A stretch of 58,409 nt of DNA from Minisyncoccota bacterium (GTDB taxonomy: Bacteria; Patescibacteriota; Minisyncoccia; Phycocordibacterales; XYD1-FULL-46-19): the NCBI GenBank assembly GCA_040879645.1, contig JBBDJY010000006.1, forward strand, positions 33,831-92,239, given 5' to 3'. Position numbers and translations under genes: made by a program. This document shows, one piece after another, positions 9,585-18,647 of this stretch. Positions within the stretch are counted from its first letter, which is position 1. Each line of letters begins with the position of its first letter. The notes below the pieces were generated by a model that was not told the DNA's origin, made no database searches, and saw nothing but the letters and a program-made list of their open reading frames with translations.

Positions 9585-9890
9585 TCAGCGAGAGTTAAAA
9601 GTATCAATAACTCGATTGACCGTGGCCGGGTCATTGGTGGTAACTCGAATTTCCTGGAAACAGTCCGGCGTTTCCAGAAGCAGAGCCATTTGCCGGCCGG
9701 CCGGCGGCAAAACAGAGATTAACGGGGTGATGTCAATCGGCCTTGGACGCTCCTTTGGGCGAAAAGGCTTGAGGCGAGTAACGGTTGGCAACATCTCCAG
9801 TTTTTCAATCGGCCGGCGAAATTCGGACAGAAGACGATGCGAGCCCTCCAGTGTCGGATGCTTGCGGCGTTTGGCTACTCTCATGGCCAT
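9585..9890 (-). CDS. hypothetical protein
   Basis: 101-aa ORF preceded by AGGAGA. No family recognised. Confidence 0.4.
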   Translation of the reverse strand: MAMRVAKRRKHPTLEGSHRLLSEFRRPIEKLEMLPTVTRLKPFRPKERPRPIDITPLISVLPPAGRQMALLLETPDCFQEIRVTTNDPATVNRVIDTFNSR

Positions 9891-9975
9891 TCTCCTGTTT
9901 GAAGTCTCGACTTAATCTATCTGGTATCTTAACAAAAGCGGGGAGATAGGCAAGTCGAGATGAGCCGGCTTATGG

Positions 9976-10004
9976 TTGATTTCGGACTTTATTTACAGTA
10001 CAAT
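9976..10004 (+). promoter_or_regulatory. sigma70-like promoter for tRNA-Leu
   Basis: TTGATT (9976-9981), a 17-nt spacer, then TACAAT (9999-10004), 18 nt upstream of the tRNA. Confidence 0.6.
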
Positions 10005-10022
10005 ATTGTTGCTTTAAGTAAT

Positions 10023-10107
10023 GCCGGAGTGGCGGAATTGGTAGACGCGCACGACTCAAAATCGTGTCTCGCAAGAGGTGGGAGTTCAAGTCTCCCCTCC
10101 GGCACCA
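10023..10107 (+). tRNA. tRNA-Leu (anticodon CAA), CCA encoded
   Basis: Acceptor GCCGGAG/CTCCGGC, anticodon stem CACGA/TCGTG with loop CTCAAAA, a long variable arm, a T arm GGGAG-TTCAAGT-CTCCC, and a terminal ACCA. Confidence 0.9.
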
Positions 10108-10130
10108 AAACAATGAACCCGATGCGGAGC
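10103..10130 (+). repeat. direct repeat (att-like), copy 1, overlapping the 3' end of tRNA-Leu
   Basis: caccaaaacaatgaacccgatgcggagc compared with caccaaaagggtggacccgatgcggagc at 11993-12020 gives 24 of 28 identical positions (manual count). Confidence 0.7.
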
Positions 10131-10164
10131 TGTTCTCGCTTCAAAACAGGATGAGGGCAGAACA

Positions 10165-10193
10165 TTGACAGCCAGTACATCTTATGCTATGAT
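10165..10193 (+). promoter_or_regulatory. sigma70-like promoter inside the islet
   Basis: TTGACA (10165-10170), a 17-nt spacer, then TATGAT (10188-10193), upstream of the 10241 ORF. Confidence 0.55.
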
Positions 10194-10240
10194 GGTTCTA
10201 GATTCCGAAACGCAGAAATCCCAAACACAGGAGGCTCAAA

Positions 10241-10948
10241 ATGACATCGATCTATGACCTAAGTTGGGGCGAGACCTCGTTTCTCGCCAAGCTACAGCTC
10301 TTTTCCAAATCACGAAAGCAAGAGAAGGAGAAAATGAGATCAAGCGATGCTCGGGTGCAAGCCGGAGGATATTCCGCGCTCTCAAGCACCTACTACAGCA
10401 TCGTCGGTACCGCATTTTCGCAACTCAAGGCGGCACTTCGTCCGAAGTGGCTCGCTCCAGTGAAATTCGTGGCGTGGTGCCTCACATGGCTCCCGCTTGC
10501 CGCGTTTTGTTACTGGCGCATGCTTCCGCTCTCGAACCGCATCGTCGAACTCATCGGCTACGACGGCATGTCGGCTGATCAGTGCGATGTTCGCCAAAGC
10601 GTTCTGCGCCGTAGAAGTCAGTACGACGAGGCGAAGAAGTGCATTCAAGCCGCGCTCGCCAAGAATCCCGAAAAGGCACACACGCGAGGATTGCTTCACG
10701 TTGGTCTTGCCGAGATATATCGGCACAGGGGAGACAAGCAAGATACGCGGACTGAAGTGCACGCGGCGCTTGCCGAAGCCGTGGAGGCGGAAAAGCAAGA
10801 CCCGCGGCAAGCGGCGCGTGTCTACAGGCACTGCGCCGACTTGCTCGGACAGATTGGGGAAAGCGATCTCCACTTAACCGCTTATCTTCGTCGCGCGCAA
10901 GAACTGGCGCAGCGGGCAGGCGCACGCGATCAACTTCTCAAGCTGTAA
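10241..10948 (+). CDS. hypothetical membrane-anchored helical-repeat (TPR-like) protein, GC-rich
   Basis: AGGAGG ribosome-binding site, a TM segment (FVAWCLTWLPLAAFCYW) and an Ala/Arg-rich helical C-terminus. It is visibly more GC-rich than its flanks. Confidence 0.55.
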   Translation: MTSIYDLSWGETSFLAKLQLFSKSRKQEKEKMRSSDARVQAGGYSALSSTYYSIVGTAFSQLKAALRPKWLAPVKFVAWCLTWLPLAAFCYWRMLPLSNRIVELIGYDGMSADQCDVRQSVLRRRSQYDEAKKCIQAALAKNPEKAHTRGLLHVGLAEIYRHRGDKQDTRTEVHAALAEAVEAEKQDPRQAARVYRHCADLLGQIGESDLHLTAYLRRAQELAQRAGARDQLLKL

Positions 10949-11020
10949 CGACGTGGCGTGTACGCCACCAACCGCTCTGTGTTCATTCACGGGGCGGTTT
11001 CTTTTTGCTAAAATGAAATA

Positions 11021-11989
11021 ATGAATGTACCCCCACCAATCAAGGAAATCAAAAAATGGCTCATCAAAGAAAATCCACTCAATCTTTTTGAGAATGATTT
11101 TTCAATTACCGACGTTGACCCCAAAGAATGGTCGGGGCATTTTGATTACTTGATTGAGACATCGAAGCAGAAATTTATTTTGCGTTTCAAAGGTCCAGAG
11201 TGGGGCGAGACAAACGGGGTTATTGATGAATACAAAACACTCAAAAAGATTGAGCAATATGGAGTCGGTCCAAAAGTCTATTTTCTTTCCGAAAACTTTT
11301 TTGGCGAGCCAATGATTTTTGAAGAATATTTGGAGGGGAAATTATTAGGAGATTTTTCAGCCGATGAGCAGAAAAAATATTTTTTTGAAGTTGCAAGATT
11401 TATCCACAAAATAAATTCTATTCCATTTCAAAAGAATGAATTTCCGTTCCAAGAACCGATGACGAGCTATACTAAAAGTAAAAATGCGTGGAAAACCAGA
11501 ATAGAATTTATTTTAGATTGCAAAGAAACCAAAACCTGCGGACAAGAATTACTAGCTTTTCTTCCAGGTATTGAATCAATTATCAATAAATTTGAAGACC
11601 GCCTGCAAAGAGTTCTTAATCAAGTTGGCAATTCTTTTGTTTTTGAAAGCGCACATTTAGGGCATTGTTTGAAAACTCCAGCAGATTTTCGTTTCTTTAA
11701 TTGGGAGCAGGTGAGTTATGGCGATCCAAGCTACACCCTTGCTGTTTTTCTAACATCATTACATGAAAGGCCAGATTTTAAGGAAATAAAAAAGACAATG
11801 ATCGAAACTTATCTTGAACAAAAACATATTCCTGAATTTACAGAACTTGTCGAGCAACGAATCACCGAGCGGCACATTTCGAATGTAATTTGGAGCGCAT
11901 ATATGAGTGTAAAAAAAGAGGGAAAAATTGTTTCAGATTGGTATAACAAGATCAAACGATTGGAAATAGGTTCGGACTTGGTACAATAG
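11021..11989 (+). CDS. APH/choline-kinase-fold phosphotransferase family protein (catalytic residues possibly degenerate)
   Basis: The C-terminal segment FFNWEQVSYGDPSYTLAVFL resembles the ..IDWE..GDP..DLA.. signature of the phosphotransferase enzyme family. The gene is AT-rich. Confidence 0.55.
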   Translation: MNVPPPIKEIKKWLIKENPLNLFENDFSITDVDPKEWSGHFDYLIETSKQKFILRFKGPEWGETNGVIDEYKTLKKIEQYGVGPKVYFLSENFFGEPMIFEEYLEGKLLGDFSADEQKKYFFEVARFIHKINSIPFQKNEFPFQEPMTSYTKSKNAWKTRIEFILDCKETKTCGQELLAFLPGIESIINKFEDRLQRVLNQVGNSFVFESAHLGHCLKTPADFRFFNWEQVSYGDPSYTLAVFLTSLHERPDFKEIKKTMIETYLEQKHIPEFTELVEQRITERHISNVIWSAYMSVKKEGKIVSDWYNKIKRLEIGSDLVQ

Positions 11990-11992
11990 ACA

Positions 11993-12020
11993 CACCAAAA
12001 GGGTGGACCCGATGCGGAGC
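11993..12020 (+). repeat. direct repeat (att-like), copy 2
   Basis: See 10103-10130. This copy is embedded in a hairpin (CCCGATG-cggag-CATCGGG). Confidence 0.7.
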
Positions 12021-12106
12021 ATCGGGCGATGGTGTTTTGGTAGCACGGAGGGGATACTTGAAAGCCAACAATTTTCTTTTTATCTGGTTATGTTAAAATA
12101 CAGTCA

Positions 12107-13075
12107 ATGACTGAAGATTTATACAATCATTCTATTTTTTGGATTGAAGTTGATAAAATCAAGGCTAATCCCTATCAACCCCGGACCGAATTTGACGAGG
12201 ACCGTTTACGGGATTTAGCCGATTCCATCCGTCAATACGGGGTACTTCAACCTTTAGTGGTAACACGCAATGAAGTGGAAAAAGAGGATGGTGGTTTGGC
12301 GGTGGAGTATGAACTGATTGCCGGTGAACGGCGCTGGCGAGCGGCTAAAATTGCCGGCCTATATCAAGTGCCGGCCGTCATCAGATCTGGCGAACAATCC
12401 GATAAGATGAAGCTGGAAATTGCTATTATTGAAAATCTCCAGCGTGAAGACCTAAATTCGATTGATCGGGCTCAGGCTTTTGCTCAATTGGCCAATGAAT
12501 TTGATTTGACCCATACCGACATTGCTAAAAAGATTGGCAAAAGTCGGGAATATGTTTCCAATAGTATTCGTATTTTAGCTTTACCGCAGGAAGTGTTGGA
12601 CGCTTTGGCTCGACGGGAAATTTCCGAGGGACATACCCGGCCGATTTTAATGCTGGTTGATCACCCGGAAGAGCAAATTACTTTATTTAAAGAGATTATG
12701 CTCAAAAAATTAACCGTTCGCGAGGCCGAAGGTTTGGCTCGACGAGTGGCGGTTAATCGAGTTCGTAAACGAGAAAAGTATGTTGATCCGGAAATAATGG
12801 AATTGGAAAACCGCCTGACTGAGCGTTTTGGTACGCGGGTTAAAGTGGAAAAAAGGCATTTGGGCGGCCAATTGACAATTGAATTCTTCACGCCTGATGA
12901 CTTGCGGAATATTATTGATCTAATGGAGACCAATGGTGGCAGTCTGCCCAATCAGGCTCAAATTCTTGAAGAGATAGCCAATAATCCCGGAGCTGATAAT
13001 AGTGGGACGACTAAGACTTTTGATGATGACGATTTTGACGAAGAGCTTTACTCTTTAAAGAATTTTTCGGTTTGA
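12107..13075 (+). CDS. parB: ParB/Spo0J chromosome partitioning protein
   Basis: ParB box (QPRTEFDE.., LIAGERRWRAAKIAG) and an HTH segment. Confidence 0.9.
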   Translation: MTEDLYNHSIFWIEVDKIKANPYQPRTEFDEDRLRDLADSIRQYGVLQPLVVTRNEVEKEDGGLAVEYELIAGERRWRAAKIAGLYQVPAVIRSGEQSDKMKLEIAIIENLQREDLNSIDRAQAFAQLANEFDLTHTDIAKKIGKSREYVSNSIRILALPQEVLDALARREISEGHTRPILMLVDHPEEQITLFKEIMLKKLTVREAEGLARRVAVNRVRKREKYVDPEIMELENRLTERFGTRVKVEKRHLGGQLTIEFFTPDDLRNIIDLMETNGGSLPNQAQILEEIANNPGADNSGTTKTFDDDDFDEELYSLKNFSV

Positions 13076-14573
13076 TGGTTGGTAAAGTATTTTTATTTTC
13101 TTGTTGTTGGAGATAAATACGGATTAAGCGTCGGGCATTGTTGGTGGTAACATAATTAAACCAGCGGGCGGTGGGGTGGCTTTTCTCTTTGGTTTCAATC
13201 CGGACGATATCGTCATTTTTCAATCTGGTATCCAGCGAAGAGTATTTGTTATTAACATAACCGGCGACGGCGTGATGGCCGATATCCGAGTGGATTTCGT
13301 AGGCAAAATCAAGAACGGTTGATGCCGGTGGCAATTCAATGACATCGCCTTTGGGAGTAAAAACAAAGATGCAGTCGGTAAAAAAGTCATTTTTAATTGT
13401 CGCCAAGTATTCGTTTGAGTCGGTGATATTTTTTTGCGCTTCTAATAGTTTTCCGATCCAGGCGGTCTTTTTACTTAAATAACCGCCACTGATTTTTTTA
13501 CCCGATTCAACATAAGCAACATGAGAAGCGACGCCGTATTCGGCCTCGGTATGCATGATTGCCGTCCGGATTTGGATTTCCACCATACCATCACCGGTAA
13601 AGACGGCGGTGTGAATGCTTTGATAACCGTTTGGTTTGGGATTGGCAATATAATCACGCAAGCGATCCGGTACTGGGCGCCACTTGGCGTGGATGAGGCC
13701 CAGGGCCCGATAGCAGTCGCTCACCGAATCAACAATTACCCGAATGGCCGAAATGTCGTAAATGCGGTCAATATCCATATCATTGACTTTCAGCTTGACG
13801 TAAAGCGAATAAAGACTTTTCAGGCGATAATCAATGCGCAAGTTGTCAAATTCGTGTTTTGACAATTCGGTCCGTAAACTGCGCTGAATCTTTTCCAGCC
13901 GTTTGAGAGTTTCTCGGTTTTTTGTCTTACGCAATTTAATGGTCTCGGCATAGCCGGCCGGGTAAGCATAGGGAAAACTGGCATCTTCCAGCCGGCTTTT
14001 TAATTTGCCGATACCGAGGCGATTGGCAATCGGAGCGTAAATCTCAATCGTTTCCAAAGCAATGCGCTCTTGCTTGTCGGCCCGGATATATTCCAGAGTT
14101 TGGACATTGTGCAAGCGGTCAGCCAAACGAATAATTACCACTCGAATATCTTCAGCCATGGCGATAAAAAACTTACGTAAACTTTCGACGTGTCGTTCCA
14201 AGCCCTGATATTTAATCGTGCCCAGCTTGGTTACGCCTTGGATTAAAAAAGGAATGTCGGCGCCGAATTCTTTTTCCAATTCCTCCGGTGTGATCTGAGA
14301 GTCTTCCAGTACATCATGAAGCAAGCCGGCGGCAATGGTTTTGGCGTCAACTTTTAATTCGGCCAAAATCTTGGCGGTGGCAATCGGGTGGATAATATAG
14401 GGTTCGCCGGAAAAGCGATTTTGGCCGGCGTGGATTTTTTCGGCAAAAGCCAAAGCCCGAGCAACCAACTCACGGTCAATTTCGTTTAAATAGGGTGCCA
14501 GGTCGTAGATTTCTTGGAGATTATCAGACATTTTTTCATAGTAGCAAAAGCCTTTCTCTTGGACAATGGACAA
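13011..14573 (-). CDS. rel: bifunctional (p)ppGpp synthetase/hydrolase, RelA/SpoT family
   Basis: HD hydrolase motif (LLHDVLEDS), RelA/SpoT synthetase region (YQSIHTAV) and a TGS-like region. An alternative start exists at ATG 14531. The 3' end overlaps parB by 65 nt in convergent orientation. Confidence 0.85.
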   Translation of the reverse strand: MSIVQEKGFCYYEKMSDNLQEIYDLAPYLNEIDRELVARALAFAEKIHAGQNRFSGEPYIIHPIATAKILAELKVDAKTIAAGLLHDVLEDSQITPEELEKEFGADIPFLIQGVTKLGTIKYQGLERHVESLRKFFIAMAEDIRVVIIRLADRLHNVQTLEYIRADKQERIALETIEIYAPIANRLGIGKLKSRLEDASFPYAYPAGYAETIKLRKTKNRETLKRLEKIQRSLRTELSKHEFDNLRIDYRLKSLYSLYVKLKVNDMDIDRIYDISAIRVIVDSVSDCYRALGLIHAKWRPVPDRLRDYIANPKPNGYQSIHTAVFTGDGMVEIQIRTAIMHTEAEYGVASHVAYVESGKKISGGYLSKKTAWIGKLLEAQKNITDSNEYLATIKNDFFTDCIFVFTPKGDVIELPPASTVLDFAYEIHSDIGHHAVAGYVNNKYSSLDTRLKNDDIVRIETKEKSHPTARWFNYVTTNNARRLIRIYLQQQENKNTLPTIKPKNSLKSKALRQNRHHQKS

Positions 14574-14627
14574 TTGCCATTGGCTTAAAAAGAAAAATCT
14601 TGGCCTGAGTTCTTGACCGGAATTTTA

Positions 14628-16844
14628 CTAGTTGGTCCCAAGTTTTTCCTCTGACTTTTTATTTTCCTTGGCTAATTTATCTGGTCGGTGATTCGGGCAA
14701 GTCTTATCACTGCAACGGACGGGGATGGTTTTGGTGCCGGCCATTAGAAGCTGGGGGCAAGGGCCGGTTTCGCGCGGATAATGACAAATGTCACCGGTTG
14801 GTTTGGTTTTGATAATGTGCTTACAGTTCGGGTAATGGGAACAGCCGTAAAAGACACCAAATCGTCCGCGCTTTTCCACCATCGTCCCTTGGTGGCAAAT
14901 CGGGCATGGGACGCCGGTATTGCCCGGATTATCTCCCGCTTCGGTATCGTTTTTAATAAATTTACATTTGGGGTAACGATCGCAAGCGATAAATTTACCG
15001 AATTTACCTTCGCGTTCAATTAATTGGCCAGCCCGACAATCGGGGCATTTTTCGCCGGTGGCTTGTGGGGCGGCCAGAACTTTACCCTCAATCGTCAAGG
15101 CGCCATCACAATCAGGGAATTTGGCGCAACTGTAGAATTTACCATTCTTGGCTAATTTGATTACCATCGGACCGCCACAGACCGGACATTTATTCTCGGC
15201 CGGGGCGTCACCAAGGGTGCTGATTTTGGGTAAATCTTTTTTGGCGGCGATGGCCTTCCGGAAAGGTCCATAAAAATCAGTCAGGGTTTTTAAGTAAGTA
15301 TCTTCGCCACGGGCAATTTCATCCAATTCGTCTTCCATTTTGGCGGTAAAAGAATCACTGATGTAAGTCGGAAAATGTTCAACTAGAAAATCACTGACGA
15401 CTTCACCGGTGTCGGTCGGAAAAAGAGTTCGGCCGTTTTTCTCGACATAACCACGGTCAATGATGGTTTTAATCGTCGGGGCATAGGTACTGGGTCGGCC
15501 GATGCCGCGTTTTTCCAATTCTCGAACTAGGCCGGCTTCGGAATAGCGATTTGGCGGTTGGGTTTCTCGGCCGTCACTTACGATATCAAGTAAAGTCAGT
15601 GGGTCATCAACTGCCACTTTTGGTAATTCCACATCTTCACCTCGGGCCCGGGGATCGGCTCGTAACCAGCCGTCAAATAAAATACGAGAACCATGAGCGT
15701 GGAAGGGGGGTAAATCGGGCTGGCCGGCGGTTAAGCGGGTCTTCATCGTTTTGGCTGGCGCCATTTGGCTGGCGACGGTTCGTTGCCAGATTAATTGGTA
15801 CAATTTTTTTTCCGCTTCACCTCGACCGGCCCGGTCATTTCCCAAATTACTTGGGCGGATGGCTTCATGAGCTTCTTGAGCATTTTTGGTTTGGCGAGCA
15901 TATTGTTGCCGCCGGTGATAGGTCGCTCCGTATTTGGCGACAATAATTTTTTCGGCTTGACTTAATGATTGTTCGCTTAAATTAACGCTGTCGGTCCGCA
16001 TATAGGTAATATGACCGGCTTCATACAGTTTTTGGGCCAGACGCATGGTATTACTTGGCGATAAACCCAAACGGGATGAAGCGGCTTGTTGCAGAGTGGA
16101 AGTGGTAAAGGGGGCTCGGGCTCGGCGGTTTACTTCGCTTTCCTTAACGGCGGTTATTGACCAATCGCCGGCTTTGGCCGCCGCGGTGATTTTGGCCGCC
16201 TCGGCTTCACTCGCCGGTTCTTGTTGGCAGGTGAAAATTATTTCTTCATTTTTTTTGGTGGCTAATTTGGCGGAAATGACCCAGAAGGGAACCGGCCGGA
16301 AGGCCCGGATTTCTTTTTCCCGTTCAACCAATAGACGCAAGGCCGGAGATTGGACTCGGCCGGCAGACAAGCCATAGCGTAGTTTTTTCCAAATTAAACC
16401 GGAGAGATCATAACCAAAGAGCCGATCCAAGACCCGCCTGGCTTCTTGAGCTTGACGCAAATGCTCGTCAATTAAGCGCGGATGCTTCATCGCTTCGGTG
16501 ACGGCCCCCTCGGTAATTTCGTGAAAAACAATTCGTTTGGGTTTTTTTAGTCCCAGTACCTCTTTTAAGTGCCAAGCAATAGCTTCGCCTTCGCGGTCGG
16601 GGTCGGTAGCCAGGAGGACTTCATCCGCTCGGCCGGCGGCTTGGGTTAAATCAGCCACCACTTTTTTCTTACCGGCCGGGATTTCATAATGTGGCGCAAA
16701 GCCGGCTTCAATATCAATGGCATTTTTATTAGACTTTGGCAGGTCGCGAATATGGCCAACGCTGGATTTGACGGTATAGTCGTGCTTGAGATATTTAGCA
16801 ATGGTGCCGGCTTTGGCCGGCGACTCAACAATTAATAATTTCAT
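14628..16844 (-). CDS. topA: DNA topoisomerase I
   Basis: Toprim N-terminus (MKLLIVESPAKA), the active-site region (ITYMRTDS) and several C-terminal Cys4 zinc ribbons. Confidence 0.95.
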   Translation of the reverse strand: MKLLIVESPAKAGTIAKYLKHDYTVKSSVGHIRDLPKSNKNAIDIEAGFAPHYEIPAGKKKVVADLTQAAGRADEVLLATDPDREGEAIAWHLKEVLGLKKPKRIVFHEITEGAVTEAMKHPRLIDEHLRQAQEARRVLDRLFGYDLSGLIWKKLRYGLSAGRVQSPALRLLVEREKEIRAFRPVPFWVISAKLATKKNEEIIFTCQQEPASEAEAAKITAAAKAGDWSITAVKESEVNRRARAPFTTSTLQQAASSRLGLSPSNTMRLAQKLYEAGHITYMRTDSVNLSEQSLSQAEKIIVAKYGATYHRRQQYARQTKNAQEAHEAIRPSNLGNDRAGRGEAEKKLYQLIWQRTVASQMAPAKTMKTRLTAGQPDLPPFHAHGSRILFDGWLRADPRARGEDVELPKVAVDDPLTLLDIVSDGRETQPPNRYSEAGLVRELEKRGIGRPSTYAPTIKTIIDRGYVEKNGRTLFPTDTGEVVSDFLVEHFPTYISDSFTAKMEDELDEIARGEDTYLKTLTDFYGPFRKAIAAKKDLPKISTLGDAPAENKCPVCGGPMVIKLAKNGKFYSCAKFPDCDGALTIEGKVLAAPQATGEKCPDCRAGQLIEREGKFGKFIACDRYPKCKFIKNDTEAGDNPGNTGVPCPICHQGTMVEKRGRFGVFYGCSHYPNCKHIIKTKPTGDICHYPRETGPCPQLLMAGTKTIPVRCSDKTCPNHRPDKLAKENKKSEEKLGTN

Positions 16845-16953
16845 ATTTTTTGGCCGGAGGCCGCAAGTTAAATAATCAAATGAGGTTGAGTTTAAGTAGT
16901 ACTACAAAGAAAAGTTTTTTGCAAATCAGCCGACTCTTTTTAATCCGTCGATT

Positions 16954-17817
16954 TTAGCGCAAAAAAGTAAATTGGCCGCCGATTTCTTTAATTAAGCCTT
17001 TGACTTCCAAGATTGAAAGTAAAGTGTTTAATTCGGCCGCCGGTAAAGAACTTTGCTCAATCAAACTGTCGCGCGATAGCGGACTGTCGGCCAAGAGGCG
17101 GCAGATAATTTCTTCCTTGCCGTCAACCAAATCAAGCCACTTTCCATTTGTCGGTTGGCAGTCAAAACCCAAAGCCAAAAGCAATTCATCCGGACCGGTA
17201 ATTGGCGTGGCGCCATCGCGAATCAACCGATGCGGTCCGAACGATTGGCCGGCCAAAATCGAACCGGGGACGGCCAGAACATCCCGATTATAATCAAGGG
17301 CCAAGCGAGCGGTAATTAAGGTGCCGGAACGCTCGGCCGCTTCAATGACTAAAACCGCTTGGGCCAAGCCGGCCATAATCCGATTGCGTTGGGGAAAAGT
17401 GTAAGGGGCGGCCGGGGTTAATGGTTCAAATTCCGACAACAAGGCGCCGCCGGCTTTCATAATGTCATCGGCCAAACCGATATTGGTTCGCGGATAGAGA
17501 ACTCGCCGGTCCAAGCCGGAGCCGGGGACGGCGATGGTCGGCAGACTTGACGCCAAGGCCGCCCGGTGGGCGATAGCGTCAATCCCCAAAGCCAAGCCGG
17601 AAATAATCGCTACCGGTCGGCCGGTTAAAGCGCCGATTAATTGTCGGCAAATTTCTTGACCGTAAGAACTGGCCCGGCGCGAACCGACAACCGTTAAATA
17701 AACATAATCGGCACCGGGCAGGTGGCCAAGTAAATGTAAGGACTTGGGCGGATCGGGAATTTCCCGAAGTTGGGGTGGAAAATCTTTCGGTTTTAATTCA
17801 CGACTTTGAAAGGTCAT
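16954..17817 (-). CDS. dprA: DNA processing protein DprA
   Basis: Rossmann-like DprA core (VVGSRRASSYG .. SGLALGIDAIAHRAAL .. RNRIMAGL) plus a C-terminal winged-helix-like tail. Confidence 0.85.
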   Translation of the reverse strand: MTFQSRELKPKDFPPQLREIPDPPKSLHLLGHLPGADYVYLTVVGSRRASSYGQEICRQLIGALTGRPVAIISGLALGIDAIAHRAALASSLPTIAVPGSGLDRRVLYPRTNIGLADDIMKAGGALLSEFEPLTPAAPYTFPQRNRIMAGLAQAVLVIEAAERSGTLITARLALDYNRDVLAVPGSILAGQSFGPHRLIRDGATPITGPDELLLALGFDCQPTNGKWLDLVDGKEEIICRLLADSPLSRDSLIEQSSLPAAELNTLLSILEVKGLIKEIGGQFTFLR

Positions 17818-17909
17818 TATATTATTATATCATTACTACCTGCTCTGGCTATTTTTATCTAATTATGGTATAAACAAAATAGATAATTAAACCAAGAAAG
17901 GAGGTGTTT

Positions 17910-18110
17910 ATGACTGAAGTTTTTCGGTTGAAAAAGCACCCGCTTCTCAAAGAAAAGGTGAACCGGCTTCTCTTCAAGAAGTATGGCGATAGTCAGACCC
18001 GGACAAAAAAGGAGGTGGTCGATTTGATTATCGACTTAACTTCTGAAGCCTGGTCCGAATATCTGAAGGGGTCCGAACTCAAGCCGGCCAAAAGTCGACA
18101 ATCGGCCTAG
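17910..18110 (+). CDS. small hypothetical protein
   Basis: AAAGGAGG ribosome-binding site 7 nt upstream of ATG 17910. First of three tiny ORFs on the same strand. Confidence 0.45.
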   Translation: MTEVFRLKKHPLLKEKVNRLLFKKYGDSQTRTKKEVVDLIIDLTSEAWSEYLKGSELKPAKSRQSA

Positions 18111-18118
18111 GAGGAGTG

Positions 18119-18301
18119 ATGAGTAAGGCGGAAAGTCTCGATCTGCCACCGGCGGAGAAGAATTGGGAAGACAAAAAGCTTTTTCTTGAAGCGCAAACAC
18201 AGCACTATCAAGAACGTTGGCAGGTGTCGGTCGTGATTGCCAAACGCTGGGCCAAGGGTGATTGGCCAATCATCCTCAAGCGCCAGTCGAGACAGTTTTA
18301 A
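18119..18301 (+). CDS. small hypothetical protein
   Basis: AGGAGG site immediately upstream. The start is either GTG 18116 or ATG 18119. Confidence 0.4.
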   Translation: MSKAESLDLPPAEKNWEDKKLFLEAQTQHYQERWQVSVVIAKRWAKGDWPIILKRQSRQF

Positions 18302-18374
18302 TCAAGGGGATTAGAGGAGGGTTATTCCTTCCTCTTTTTTTGTGGTATATTTGGGACAGAAAAAGGAGGTACCT

Positions 18375-18578
18375 ATGTCAAACAATATCATTCCCGGTAT
18401 CGACTTTAGTGGGGTGTCGGTCGCCTGCCCGACCGGCGGTCGGATTGAGCGGGAGAAGGTTGTCGCCTATTTTCGGCGCCATTACCCTATCTCGCAGAAG
18501 GAGGCCTTGACTTGGGCCGAGTCGCTTGACTCGGCTTTGGAGGACCATTGGCAGAGGATGGGTTCTCTCCGGTCTTAG
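18375..18578 (+). CDS. small hypothetical protein
   Basis: AAAGGAGG site upstream of ATG 18375, with a terminator following. Confidence 0.45.
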   Translation: MSNNIIPGIDFSGVSVACPTGGRIEREKVVAYFRRHYPISQKEALTWAESLDSALEDHWQRMGSLRS

Positions 18579-18592
18579 TCGGTTTAGTGAGT

Positions 18593-18624
18593 AAAGGGAG
18601 CGCTTCGCTCCCTTTATCTTTTTT
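18593..18624 (+). terminator. rho-independent terminator
   Basis: Stem AAAGGGAGC / GCTCCCTTT followed by ATCTTTTTT. Confidence 0.8.
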
Positions 18625-18647
18625 AATACTTTTGCTATTCTGGGAGA

